From positions 1 to 45,599 of the forward strand of contig JAGGTU010000045.1 of NCBI GenBank assembly GCA_021163545.1: DNA of 45,599 nt, given 5' to 3'. The notes below the pieces were generated by a model that did not search any database, was not told the DNA's origin, and saw only the letters and a list, made by a program, of their open reading frames with translations. The number at the start of each line of letters is the position of its first letter. Position 1 is the stretch's first letter. Positions 8,184-17,686 of this stretch are shown piece by piece. The stretch is from a bacterium (GTDB lineage: Bacteria > Patescibacteriota > Minisyncoccia > Minisyncoccales > PEYH01). The translations under genes and the position numbers were made by a program.

Positions 8184-9929
8184 TCATTTTTCTGGGATGT
8201 AGTAAATAAATATTGAATTACCCGCCCGAGCTACAGGTTGATATTCTTCCAGCCATTTATAATATTCCGCTGGTTGATCAAATCCTTTAATTGGCTTTCC
8301 AACCCCACCTTGTAAAAATGTAGCTGAAACAGCTAACCAACCTTTTGGTTTTTCTTTTTTTGGATCAAACTTCTGCCATCTTTGCCCCAGTCTGTATTCC
8401 ACATCGTCTCCGCCAAAATAATCTACATATATTTTCTGGATGTTTCTTTCTTCAACAAACTTCTGAAGTCTTTTTAAATCCTGACCCCAATCATAATTTG
8501 AATCAACAACATATTTATATCCATTTTTTGGTCCTCCAAAGGCTTCATTGAAATAAGAAAGGTAATGAGGAAAGCATAAGAGGGAACTTAAGACATACCA
8601 GAGCGCCAACACTCCCACAAATCCTAAAAATACTTTTTTCTTTTTTTTCTCTAATTTCTCATAAACTGATTTTACCCCACAGACAGTTAAAAGATAGGTA
8701 AATGGGAAAATTGGTAAAAGGTGTCTTACGCCGATATTTAGGTTGCCAGTAATAGAAGTAAACCAATAAATAACAAAGAAAAGCAAGAAGGCAAGAAGTT
8801 CAAAATTGGCAATCATGCATTGTCGCAGATGGATACCTCTTAGGTGTTTAAGTTGGAGAAGATAAAACCCTGCTAAAAAAAGCATTAAAATAATCAATCC
8901 CAAAGGCACTTTCATGAGAAATACTAAAGGAAAGTAATATTTTATGCCGCCTCCTGAGACAGTTCCAAGAAAATAAACAGTGTTGCCATAACTTACTCTC
9001 TGTGTTGCCATTAAGAGACCTAAAAGATAATGAGCAAGCGGTCTTGTGAAATTATTCTTTGTCATCCAGATGCAAAGATTTTTTAAGGGCTTCCATGGGC
9101 TCGAAGCGAGAATTTCTTGAGTGTCAGCGATTTGTTTCTCTTGGGGATAGGCGAATGTATGGAAATAATAAAAAGGCCAGATAATCAATACTACCGCTAC
9201 AATGCCCGCGCAGATTGCCTTAATGATATATTGGGCTAAATTCTTCCAATTAAAACCGGTCTTTAAAAGTGGCCATAGAATAACAATGATGCCAAAAAAC
9301 GGAATCAAAAGAATTAAAGAAAATTTTATAAGAAGCGCCGCTCCCAGAACAATTCCAGCCATGATCAAGTTCTTCCAGTTTGGATTTTTTAAAAAGTAAA
9401 TCCAAAAATAGGTCGCTAAAATTGCTCCAAAGGCGGCTCCAACATCTGTGGTGACCAATCTTCCATGTGCCAAAATAGTAGGGGAGAGGGCAGCAAAAAT
9501 TAAAGCTAGAATTGCAAATTTTTCCCCAACAAGTTTTTTTGCCCAAAAATATATAAACCAACAGAAAAGCATCATTACAATTATCATTGGAATTCGAGCA
9601 AAAAACATTATCTGATCTGGGTTATTTCCTGATTTAAAGATAAACTGATTACCAAACCACCATTGATTATTTACGCCTTCTGTCCATGAGGGATGATTTT
9701 CAGGAAAATTCAGATTTAGAAACATTAAAGGAAAAGCTGCCAAATCTTTGATTAAAGGAGGATGTTCGGGGTTTAAGCGATAGTCATTCTTATAAAGGTA
9801 AGAAAAACCCGCAGGAATATGCGCAAGCTCATCCATTGTTAGAGAAATTTCTCTTGCAGAGAAAAAAGCCAAAAAGAAGGCAACCAATAATATTGAGGCA
9901 ATTAAGCAATAAAGATATATTTTCTTCAT
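8184..9929 (-). CDS. GT-C fold (ArnT/PMT, GT39-like) membrane glycosyltransferase
   Basis: 581 aa with more than 10 TM helices, an N-terminal loop DELAHIPAG and a C-terminal soluble region containing NYDWGQDL. Confidence 0.65.
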   Translation of the reverse strand: MKKIYLYCLIASILLVAFFLAFFSAREISLTMDELAHIPAGFSYLYKNDYRLNPEHPPLIKDLAAFPLMFLNLNFPENHPSWTEGVNNQWWFGNQFIFKSGNNPDQIMFFARIPMIIVMMLFCWFIYFWAKKLVGEKFAILALIFAALSPTILAHGRLVTTDVGAAFGAILATYFWIYFLKNPNWKNLIMAGIVLGAALLIKFSLILLIPFFGIIVILWPLLKTGFNWKNLAQYIIKAICAGIVAVVLIIWPFYYFHTFAYPQEKQIADTQEILASSPWKPLKNLCIWMTKNNFTRPLAHYLLGLLMATQRVSYGNTVYFLGTVSGGGIKYYFPLVFLMKVPLGLIILMLFLAGFYLLQLKHLRGIHLRQCMIANFELLAFLLFFVIYWFTSITGNLNIGVRHLLPIFPFTYLLTVCGVKSVYEKLEKKKKKVFLGFVGVLALWYVLSSLLCFPHYLSYFNEAFGGPKNGYKYVVDSNYDWGQDLKRLQKFVEERNIQKIYVDYFGGDDVEYRLGQRWQKFDPKKEKPKGWLAVSATFLQGGVGKPIKGFDQPAEYYKWLEEYQPVARAGNSIFIYYIPEK

Positions 9930-9944
9930 ATTGAATAAATTTAA

Positions 9945-11516
9945 TTATAAAATCTCAAAACTAATTATGGGGTAGTCTTTTTTTATTTTACCTTGGGGAT
10001 ACTGTTTTTTTAACTGTTCCAAAATTGTTTCATCTTCTTTCATTAAAAGAATCAAAGATCTTTTTTCTGCTTTTATCTTATCTACATCTTCTGGCTTCAA
10101 ATACACGGCTCTTATTTCTCCGTATTTTGAGATTTCCTCAAAGACTAATGTTTGTGCTGGCATGGGTATTCCATTTAACCAAGAGACAGGCACACCGTCT
10201 TCATTTACAATCACATATCTTTTTACATCTTCTTCAAAAGAGGTAAGATATTCTCCCATTTGAACAAAATTCTTACAAAAAGCCCCTTTTACATTTTCGT
10301 TTTTGGCGAACAAAATAAAGTATCGATTAGCTTGATTTGATAAAACAAAAAGAAGAAAGACAATAGCCAGCGTTTTTAAGAACAAGGGAGCAAATTTGTA
10401 TTGTGTGAGTATTTTTCTTATTTTTTCATACACCCAAAGAGCTGCAAATCCGACAAAGATATATACAAAAGGAATGGTACCAATTGTACGGAGAGAGTGG
10501 GGGATACCTTCATAAGTTAAAATGCCCGGCAAAAGGAAAACAAAGAAGCCAAAAAGAGGGATAAAATAAAAGAAAGCTCGTTTGTTTTTCTCTTCAAGAA
10601 AAACAAAAAACCTATTTACAAAGATCAAAATACCTACAAGAAAGAGAATACCTATTGGCCAAAATAATTGAGGAGCGCCAGAGATGTTGTGCCGCCAGTT
10701 TCTATCGCCAGCAAAATTAAACATTAAAAGATGTTTAAATAAGCTCTCTCGAAAAGCGCTTATAAAGTCTTTCTGGGAAAAAATTGAGATGGGGCCTAAT
10801 CTTCCAAAAAAATCTTGCGGATGATAAAGAAAATAAATACCCAAAGGAAGGGCAACTAAAAAAGTCGGAAGTAGGAATTTTGCGCTCAAAATTATAAATT
10901 GTTTTAAATTTTTTCTTCTTCCAATCACCAAAAGATATAACCAGATGGCCAACAGAAAGAATACCCCTAACCTAAAAGAAGAATATGTATAAAACCCAAG
11001 ACCAAAGAATATACCTGATAGAATTATCGCCCACCCCTTTTGTCTTCGATATCCTAACAACAAAAAATAAAGCCAAAACGTCAAAACAAACGGCAAAAGA
11101 ATGCCTCTGAAACCAATTCTTGAGAAATTTGTATGCCAAAAAGATGTTGCCAGAAAGAACGAAGCCAACAAAGAGACTATGTCTCTTTTTTCTTCACCAA
11201 GATGATAGAATATTTCTTTTGAAAATAGGTATAATCCTAAAACTGTGAGAACTCCAAAAAAAACAGAGACAAATCTTAGTGAAAAGGTGCTTGTGCCAAA
11301 AATCTTAAAAGAAAGAAATACTAAATTAATAAATAGCCCTTCCCTTCCGTTATTTTCAGGATAAAAAATTTTACCCGGAAATAAATAGGCCTCATTTGCA
11401 TTAATTGCTTCATCCGGATAAAGTCCCGGGGGAATAGATTTAAGTTGCCAAAGACGGAAAAAAGAGGCGACAAAAAGAATGAAAAATAAAAGACAAATTT
11501 TAGTTTTTTTGGCCAT
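9945..11516 (-). CDS. GT-C fold (GT39/ArnT-like) membrane glycosyltransferase
   Basis: 523 aa polytopic protein with a first-loop PPGLYPDEAINANEAY motif typical of the family. Confidence 0.7.
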   Translation of the reverse strand: MAKKTKICLLFFILFVASFFRLWQLKSIPPGLYPDEAINANEAYLFPGKIFYPENNGREGLFINLVFLSFKIFGTSTFSLRFVSVFFGVLTVLGLYLFSKEIFYHLGEEKRDIVSLLASFFLATSFWHTNFSRIGFRGILLPFVLTFWLYFLLLGYRRQKGWAIILSGIFFGLGFYTYSSFRLGVFFLLAIWLYLLVIGRRKNLKQFIILSAKFLLPTFLVALPLGIYFLYHPQDFFGRLGPISIFSQKDFISAFRESLFKHLLMFNFAGDRNWRHNISGAPQLFWPIGILFLVGILIFVNRFFVFLEEKNKRAFFYFIPLFGFFVFLLPGILTYEGIPHSLRTIGTIPFVYIFVGFAALWVYEKIRKILTQYKFAPLFLKTLAIVFLLFVLSNQANRYFILFAKNENVKGAFCKNFVQMGEYLTSFEEDVKRYVIVNEDGVPVSWLNGIPMPAQTLVFEEISKYGEIRAVYLKPEDVDKIKAEKRSLILLMKEDETILEQLKKQYPQGKIKKDYPIISFEIL

Positions 11517-11550
11517 TATTTTATTTTAACTAAAAAGAAGGAAAAATAAA

Positions 11551-11595
11551 CCACAAACAAAAAGCCCACAAAAGAGAAAATCTCTTTTGTGGGCT
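11551..11595 (-). terminator. intrinsic terminator after the lipid kinase gene
   Basis: 13-14 bp hairpin AGCCCACAAAAGAG/CTCTTTTGTGGGCT, followed on the minus strand by TTTTTGTTTG. It overlaps the TAG stop codon. Confidence 0.65.
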
Positions 11596-12505
11596 AAGGA
11601 ACGAAGACCTCAAGCATCCTTTTAAGTATATCTATTTCAAAATAAGTAGCAGGCATTATTGTTTCTCCATCTACTTGAGCATTTATTGGAGTAGCAGACT
11701 TAACAGTCATTTTTGTAAATTGGAAGATTCTAAATGTAGGATCAAGGATATGAGCACCTTGCCACACAGAATATGCCTTTCTTAATATAGACCATTTGCT
11801 TAGTGGAAGAACAACACATGCGTCTAAAAAGCCATCATCAATTTTTGCTTGAGGGTTTATCTTGAAACCGCCTCCGTAACGAAAACTATTTGTAATTGAA
11901 AGCATAAAAACTTCTCCAGCAAGACTTGATCTATTACTCTCAATTTTTATCTCTATTGGTTCAAATCGGGTCCAAGGCAAAAAGAAGTAAAGAAGAGCAA
12001 TCACATAGCACCATTTTGCATCCAAAGGCAGGAGGTATCTTTTTAACCGCTTCATCTTTGGCCGAATCTTAAGATCTTGAAGCTGATTGATAAAAGCATC
12101 AAATCCAAAACTGACTGTGTTTACAAATAATCGGTCATTTATTTTGCCAAGATCTACCCGTTTTGTCTTACCCTGACCAATGATCTCAAGCGCCTTTTTG
12201 ATTTTTCTGGGTATTCCTAAGGCTGAGGCAAAATCTACACCACTGCCAAGAGGTATGAGTCCAACTTTTACGTTTTCAAGTGGTAAACACTGGAGACCGT
12301 GATGGAGTGTACCATCGCCACCACAAAAAATTACTGTATCAAAATTTGTATCTTGGAGAGCCTCTTTTCTATCTTTTCCAACAATAAACACTTCTCCTTT
12401 TCCAAGAACAGCATTTGCTGTTTTGATAAGAGTGTTCTGTTTTCTTTTGGAGATTCCCAACTGCGCCTCAGGATTAATTACCAAAAGGTATCTCATCCAT
12501 ATCAC
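11594..12505 (-). CDS. diacylglycerol kinase-family lipid kinase (YegS/BmrU type)
   Basis: GGDGTLHHG catalytic motif, and the 303 aa length fits the family. Confidence 0.8.
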   Translation of the reverse strand: MIWMRYLLVINPEAQLGISKRKQNTLIKTANAVLGKGEVFIVGKDRKEALQDTNFDTVIFCGGDGTLHHGLQCLPLENVKVGLIPLGSGVDFASALGIPRKIKKALEIIGQGKTKRVDLGKINDRLFVNTVSFGFDAFINQLQDLKIRPKMKRLKRYLLPLDAKWCYVIALLYFFLPWTRFEPIEIKIESNRSSLAGEVFMLSITNSFRYGGGFKINPQAKIDDGFLDACVVLPLSKWSILRKAYSVWQGAHILDPTFRIFQFTKMTVKSATPINAQVDGETIMPATYFEIDILKRMLEVFVP

Positions 12506-12558
12506 CTCCTATAAAGAGCTTTATGATATTCTACAATAAAAAATGCCAAATAACAAGA

Positions 12559-12585
12559 TTAGCAGTCAAAAGTCTTGACTGCTAA
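12559..12585 (+). promoter_or_regulatory. CIRCE operator (HrcA binding site)
   Basis: TTAGCAGTC-N9-GACTGCTAA compared with the consensus TTAGCACTC-N9-GAGTGCTAA. It lies immediately upstream of hrcA. Confidence 0.85.
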
Positions 12586-12602
12586 TTCACGATTATTATA
12601 AT
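12575..12602 (+). promoter_or_regulatory. sigma70-type promoter of the heat-shock operon
   Basis: TTGACT (12575-12580), a 16 nt spacer, then TATAAT (12597-12602). The -35 box lies inside CIRCE. The ATG is 5 nt after the -10 box. Confidence 0.6.
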
Positions 12603-12607
12603 GAATA

Positions 12608-13333
12608 ATGATGATTGATATAACCCCTCGCCAGAAGAAGATTTTATTCAAAACAATTGAGGAATATATCAAAACTGCCCAACCAGTGAGTTCTTTAAGA
12701 TTGAATGAGCGATATAATTTCAATGTTAGCCCAGCCACTATCAGAAATGAGATGATGGAGTTATCAAGAAAAGGTTTACTCTTTCGTCCTTATAGTTCCT
12801 CGGGCAGAATACCTACAGATAGAGCCTATCTTTTCTTTGTAGAGGAATTTATCAAAAACGTAAAACCTCATAAAAATCTACTTAAGGAGCTAAAAGAAAT
12901 TAAAACGAGCCTAGATGATTTACTAGACTTTTCACAACATCTGACCAGAATTTTGAATGAATTTTCCTCAAGCTTGGTATTAAATTATCTTTTTGAAAAA
13001 GACCTTTTATGGGAGGAAGGGTGGACAGATGCTTTACTTGAGCCAGAATTTTCAGATAGAAATTGCGTAAAAAAATTTGCAAGACTAGTTGAAGAAACAG
13101 AACGTAAAATCCAAGATATTTTTTACAATGAGCCTTTTAGAAGTGTAAAAGTATTTGTAGGAAAAGATAACCCGATTAACAAATGCGATGAGTTTAGTAT
13201 AATTGTCTCGCGAGTAAAAATTCCAAAAACTCAAAAAGGTGCCTGCGTTATACTTTTGGGACCAAAAAGGATGCCCTATAAGAGAAATTTACAAGCCATT
13301 TATACATTACTTGAGTTTGTTGAAAAAATATGA
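12608..13333 (+). CDS. hrcA: heat-inducible transcription repressor HrcA (short form, 241 aa)
   Basis: N-terminal wHTH signature PVSSLRL...VSPATIRNEMMELSRKGLL...SSSGRIPTDRAY. Confidence 0.85.
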   Translation: MMIDITPRQKKILFKTIEEYIKTAQPVSSLRLNERYNFNVSPATIRNEMMELSRKGLLFRPYSSSGRIPTDRAYLFFVEEFIKNVKPHKNLLKELKEIKTSLDDLLDFSQHLTRILNEFSSSLVLNYLFEKDLLWEEGWTDALLEPEFSDRNCVKKFARLVEETERKIQDIFYNEPFRSVKVFVGKDNPINKCDEFSIIVSRVKIPKTQKGACVILLGPKRMPYKRNLQAIYTLLEFVEKI

Positions 13334-13848
13334 AGAAAGAAAAAAACTTGGAAAAGGAAATAGAGAAGCTGAAGAAAGAAATAGAAAAACTTAAAAAAGA
13401 GAAAGAAGAGTATTTAGCAGGATGGCAAAGAGAAAGAGCCAATCGCTTAAATTATATAAAGGAAGAAAAAGAGAGATTAAAGGAGTCTTTAGAAGTGGCA
13501 AATGAGGGTTTAGTTTTAAAACTTCTTTCTGTTTTAGATAGTTTTAAAAGAGCAGAAGAAGTAATCCCGCAAGACCTAAAAGGAAACCAAATTATTCGAG
13601 GTTTTTTACAAATTAAGAATCAGCTGAAAGAGATTTTAGAGAAAGAAGGATTGGAGGAAATTCAGGTAGAAGTAGGGGAGAAATTTAATCCAGAAATTCA
13701 TGAGGCGGTGGGCGCAATTGAAGAAAAAGATTTACCTGAAGACGTTGTCGCTCAGGTTTTGGAAAAGGGGTATAAGTTTAAAGGGAGGGTAATTCGTCCA
13801 GTGAAAGTAAAAATTTCTTTCAAAAAGGTCGAAAAAAATAAAAATTAA
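13330..13848 (+). CDS. grpE: nucleotide exchange factor GrpE
   Basis: Coiled-coil N-terminus and a C-terminal FNPEIHEAVG...EKGYKFKGRVIRPVKVKI. ATGA overlap with hrcA. Confidence 0.85.
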   Translation: MKKEKNLEKEIEKLKKEIEKLKKEKEEYLAGWQRERANRLNYIKEEKERLKESLEVANEGLVLKLLSVLDSFKRAEEVIPQDLKGNQIIRGFLQIKNQLKEILEKEGLEEIQVEVGEKFNPEIHEAVGAIEEKDLPEDVVAQVLEKGYKFKGRVIRPVKVKISFKKVEKNKN

Positions 13849-13866
13849 AAATTATTCTGGCGGCTT

Positions 13867-14304
13867 ATGGCCTTAGTACCCTACAACCCCTTTAGAGATA
13901 TAGAAAGATTTTTTGATGAATGGGCAGCAAAATTTGATGAACTTTCCTTTCCAGAAATTTCCTTAATAGAGGAACCAAAGATGGATATTTACGAGAAGGA
14001 TGGGAAACTTGTAGCAGAAATTGCTATGCCTGGAGTTGATCCGAAGTCTATTGATGTTTCAGTAGAAGATAATGTATTAAGGGTGGAGGCAAAAAAAGAG
14101 GAGAAGGTTGAGGAGAAGAAAAAGAATTATTATAGAAAAGAGATCAAGGCCGGTTACCTCAAGAGAATGGTTGCCTTACCTGTTGATGTTGTTGGAGAAA
14201 AGGCTAAAGCTATATATCAAAATGGGGTTTTGAAAGTAGAAATTCCCAAAAAAGAAGAGAAAAAGAAAAAGGAAAAAAAGGTGCCTGTAAAAGTAGTAAA
14301 ATAA
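13867..14304 (+). CDS. Hsp20/alpha-crystallin family small heat-shock protein
   Basis: Alpha-crystallin domain (DIYEKDGKLVAEIAMPGVDPKSIDVSVEDNVLRVEA...NGVLKVEIPK). Confidence 0.85.
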   Translation: MALVPYNPFRDIERFFDEWAAKFDELSFPEISLIEEPKMDIYEKDGKLVAEIAMPGVDPKSIDVSVEDNVLRVEAKKEEKVEEKKKNYYRKEIKAGYLKRMVALPVDVVGEKAKAIYQNGVLKVEIPKKEEKKKKEKKVPVKVVK

Positions 14305-14305
14305 A

Positions 14306-14364
14306 TTGGAGATTCTGACCCCCTCTTACTTTTAAACAAGTAGGAGGGGGGATTGAATCTCCAA
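14306..14364 (+). other. 23 bp two-segment hairpin between hsp20 and dnaK
   Basis: 14306-14315 pairs with 14355-14364, and 14319-14331 pairs with 14338-14350. One pair (T14326/G14343) is a G-U wobble only on the + strand. No U tract follows. Confidence 0.55.
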
Positions 14365-14398
14365 AATAGAATTGAATAAAATTAATTTTCCCAAACTT

Positions 14399-16279
14399 AT
14401 GGCAAAAATACTTGGAATAGACCTAGGTACCACCAATTCAGCTATGGCCATTATAAAAGATGGTCAGCCCCAAATTATTGAGAATAGAGAAGGCGCAAGA
14501 GTCACTCCTTCTGTTGTTGCTTTGACAAAAAACGGAGAGAGACTGGTTGGGGTTTTGGCTAAAAGACAACAGATTACCAATCCAAAAAATACAATTTTCT
14601 CTGTAAAAAGACTTATTGGAAGAAGATTTGAAGATCCTGAGGTACAGAGAGATCTTAAGATTTTACCTTACGAGATTAGAAAAGCATCGGATGGAGGTGT
14701 GGAGGTAAAAATGGGAGATAAGTGGTATCGACCTTTTGAAATTTCAGCTATGGTATTGCAGAAATTAAAACATGATGCAGAAGAGAAATTGGGAGAAAAA
14801 ATAGATCAAGCAATTATTACTTGTCCTGCATATTTTGACGATTCCCAAAGAAAGGCTACAAAGCTTGCAGGAGAGATAGCCGGATTTGAGGTCAAAAGAA
14901 TTATTAACGAACCAACAGCTGCAGCCTTGGCCTATGGCCTAACTAAAAAAGAAAACCAAAAAATTGTTGTGTATGATTTTGGAGGAGGAACTTTCGATAT
15001 ATCAATTATTGAAACTGGAGATGATACAGTTGAGGTTAAAGCTACAGGAGGTGATACTCATCTTGGAGGAGATGATTTTGACCAAAAAATCATTGGTTGG
15101 CTGGTAGAACAATTTAAGAAAGACCAAGGAATTGATTTAAGAAAAGATCCTTTAGCCCTTCAGCGGTTAAAGGAAGCAGCAGAAAAAGCCAAAATTGAGC
15201 TCTCAACCACTTATGAGACAGAAATTAACCTTCCCTTCGTTACTTCTGATGCCTCAGGGCCAAAGCATCTTTATTACAAACTTACACGAGCTCAACTTGA
15301 GGAGATGGTAAAAGAATATGTAGATAAGTCTATTGAGCTTGTGAAGCAGACTTTAAAAGAGGCAAAGATGGAGCCAAAGGATATTGATGAAATCATTCTT
15401 GTTGGAGGACAAACAAGAATGCCATTAATTCAGCAGAGAATTAAAGAAATTTTTGGCAAAGAGCCTAGAAAAGATATCAATCCAGATGAGGTAGTTGCAA
15501 TTGGAGCAGCAATTCAAGGAGGAATTTTGCAAGGCGAGGTGAAAGATGTCTTACTTTTGGATGTTACTCCTTTATCTTTGGGCATTGAGACTTTGGGGGG
15601 TGTGAATACAATTTTGATTCCAAAGAATACCACTATTCCCACTGCAAAGACTCAGATTTTCTCAACTGCTCAAGATAATCAAACCTCAGTTGAGATTCAC
15701 GTGCTTCAAGGTGAAAGACCCATGGCAAAGGACAATAAATCTTTGGGAAGGTTTATCTTAGATGGCATTCCTCCTGCTCCAAGAGGCGTCCCTCAAATTG
15801 AGGTGACCTTTGATATCGATGCCAATGGTATTTTAACTGTTACCGCAAAAGATAAAGCAACAGGAAAGAGTCAATCTATAAGAATTGAGGGGTCTTTGGG
15901 TGTTTCAAAGGAAGAGGTTGAGAGAATGAAAAGAGAGGCGGAGATGCATGCAGAAGAAGATAGAAAGAAAAGAGAACTGGCAGAGACAAAGAATAATGCT
16001 GACGCAATAATTTACACTGCTCAAAAAACTTTAAAAGAATTTCAAGATAAGATTAAAGAGGAGGATAAGAAAAACATCGAAGAAAAGATTGAGAGTTTGA
16101 AGAAATTGAAAGAGAGTGATAATATAGAAGATATAAAGAGGGGTATTCAGGAGCTCTCGGAAACAATGCAAAGAATTGGAGCAGAGCTTTATAAATCTCA
16201 AGGAAGTTCTGGTAGTTCTCAGGAGGATTCCTCACAAGATGAAGGTGGGCCAAAAGAAGGAGAGTATAAAGAGAAATAA
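14399..16279 (+). CDS. dnaK: molecular chaperone DnaK (Hsp70)
   Basis: [17 protein letters not shown] and the rest of the Hsp70 signatures. ATG at 14399 ([14 protein letters not shown]) is preferred over the TTG at 14372. Confidence 0.95.
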   Translation: MAKILGIDLGTTNSAMAIIKDGQPQIIENREGARVTPSVVALTKNGERLVGVLAKRQQITNPKNTIFSVKRLIGRRFEDPEVQRDLKILPYEIRKASDGGVEVKMGDKWYRPFEISAMVLQKLKHDAEEKLGEKIDQAIITCPAYFDDSQRKATKLAGEIAGFEVKRIINEPTAAALAYGLTKKENQKIVVYDFGGGTFDISIIETGDDTVEVKATGGDTHLGGDDFDQKIIGWLVEQFKKDQGIDLRKDPLALQRLKEAAEKAKIELSTTYETEINLPFVTSDASGPKHLYYKLTRAQLEEMVKEYVDKSIELVKQTLKEAKMEPKDIDEIILVGGQTRMPLIQQRIKEIFGKEPRKDINPDEVVAIGAAIQGGILQGEVKDVLLLDVTPLSLGIETLGGVNTILIPKNTTIPTAKTQIFSTAQDNQTSVEIHVLQGERPMAKDNKSLGRFILDGIPPAPRGVPQIEVTFDIDANGILTVTAKDKATGKSQSIRIEGSLGVSKEEVERMKREAEMHAEEDRKKRELAETKNNADAIIYTAQKTLKEFQDKIKEEDKKNIEEKIESLKKLKESDNIEDIKRGIQELSETMQRIGAELYKSQGSSGSSQEDSSQDEGGPKEGEYKEK

Positions 16280-16302
16280 TTGCCTGGGAAGTAATTTGAA
16301 AA

Positions 16303-16450
16303 AGCGCTCGGCAACAAAGTTTCAAAGTACCGGCTGCCCAAATCCCAGCGAGATTTGGCAGCCTGAGGCCCTGGGCGGCTGACTCCTCGCTTCGCTCGGA
16401 GACCGTGCTCAGCCGTCTCCGAGAGCTACTTTGAAACTTGTTGCCTCGCT
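16303..16450. other. GC-rich long-hairpin element B (148 nt) in the dnaK-dnaJ spacer
   Basis: A ~24 bp outer stem pairs 16303-16329 with 16427-16450. Inner hairpins pair 16332-16344 with 16352-16363 and 16395-16403 with 16415-16423. Confidence 0.55.
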
Positions 16451-16511
16451 TTTACAGGAATATCGCTATTCTCAATTAGCTCAAATAATATTGGCAACCA
16501 AATAAAAAATT

Positions 16512-17600
16512 ATGAAGGATTATTATAAAATTTTAGGTGTTCCACCGGATGCTTCAGATGAGGAGATAAAAAAAGCCTATAGACGTTTGGCTCATAAATA
16601 TCATCCAGATAGGGGAGGGGATGAAAAGAAGTTTAAGGAAATAAATGAGGCCTATCAGGTTTTGTCTGATAAAGAAAAAAGGGCCCAATATGATAGATAT
16701 GGGAAAGTTTTTGAGGGTGCAGGAGAGGGTTTTCGGGGACCTTTTGAGGGATTTGATTTTGATAATTTCTGGCAATCGGACTTTGAAAGAAAAACCGGTT
16801 TTGATTTTGAGAATTTAGAAGATTTATTTGAGGAATTTTTTGGTTTTTCTGCAAGAAGAAAGGAGGATAGAAGAAAAGGCAGAGATTTAGAAGTAATAGT
16901 TGAGATGAACCTAGAAGAGGTTTTAAAACCTCAAAAGAAAAAAATAACTTTATACAAATATGTAGTCTGCCCAAGATGTGATGGTAAGGGGGCTGAGCCG
17001 GGATCTCAATTGAAAGAATGCCCAACATGTAGAGGCAGGGGAGAAGTTCAGCAAATTAAAAGAACTTTTTTTGGGACTATTTCAAGATATACAACTTGTC
17101 CTACTTGTAAAGGAGAAGGATATATTCCTGAGAAACCATGTAATGTATGCAAAGGCGAAGGCCGAATTAAAAAAGAAGAAACAATCGAGATTACTATTCC
17201 CGCGGGCGTTGACTCAAACCAGATCTTACAATTTAAAGGTTTGGGAGATGCAGGACGAAAAGGAGGTAAATCAGGAGATTTGTATGTAAAAATACATATT
17301 AAACCCCATCCACGATTTAAGAGAAAACATGATGATCTTTATACTATAGTTCAAGTTCCTTATTCTCTTGCAGCACTAGGAAGTGAAGTAGAGGTGGAAA
17401 CACTGGAAAAAACGGTTTTACTTAAAGTGCCTGCAGGTACAGAATCTGGTGAGGTTTTCAGACTTAAAAATTTAGGCATTCCTCATTTTGGAGGATATGG
17501 AAGAGGGGATTTGTATGTTGAGATTCAGATTAAAACCCCAAAAAGATTGACAAAAAAGCAAAAAGAGTTATTAAAGAAGTTACAGGAAGAAGGGTTGTAG
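16512..17600 (+). CDS. dnaJ: molecular chaperone DnaJ
   Basis: J domain with HPD (KYHPDRGG), a G/F-rich region and four CxxCxGxG repeats. Confidence 0.93.
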   Translation: MKDYYKILGVPPDASDEEIKKAYRRLAHKYHPDRGGDEKKFKEINEAYQVLSDKEKRAQYDRYGKVFEGAGEGFRGPFEGFDFDNFWQSDFERKTGFDFENLEDLFEEFFGFSARRKEDRRKGRDLEVIVEMNLEEVLKPQKKKITLYKYVVCPRCDGKGAEPGSQLKECPTCRGRGEVQQIKRTFFGTISRYTTCPTCKGEGYIPEKPCNVCKGEGRIKKEETIEITIPAGVDSNQILQFKGLGDAGRKGGKSGDLYVKIHIKPHPRFKRKHDDLYTIVQVPYSLAALGSEVEVETLEKTVLLKVPAGTESGEVFRLKNLGIPHFGGYGRGDLYVEIQIKTPKRLTKKQKELLKKLQEEGL

Positions 17601-17651
17601 GTGAGTGATTAAGTGGTTAAGTGATTGGAGTGATCGAGTGAATAAGTTGTT
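17601..17651. repeat. degenerate 8 nt tandem repeat (AAGTGATT-like x6)
   Basis: GAGTGATT AAGTGGTT AAGTGATT GGAGTGAT CGAGTGAAT AAGTTGTT, directly after the dnaJ stop. Confidence 0.65.
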
Positions 17652-17686
17652 TAAAAATTACAAATTAAAGATTAAAAATTACTGCT

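Noticed and set aside
14306-14364. The hsp20-dnaK hairpin as a canonical intrinsic terminator or as the dnaK SD-sequestering thermometer
   Set aside because: No U tract follows the stem. The buried AGGAGG lies ~50 nt from the dnaK ATG, too far to act as its SD. It is kept only as a structural element of unknown role.
14372-14398. N-terminal extensions in the ORF track (TTG at 14372 for dnaK; also 21288, 7340, 6301, 4623, 22387, 36904 and 21 for serS)
   Set aside because: Conserved protein N-termini, ATG codons, SD positions or overlap with upstream hairpins and genes favour the internal starts used in the feature list. For serS the frame simply continues off the window.
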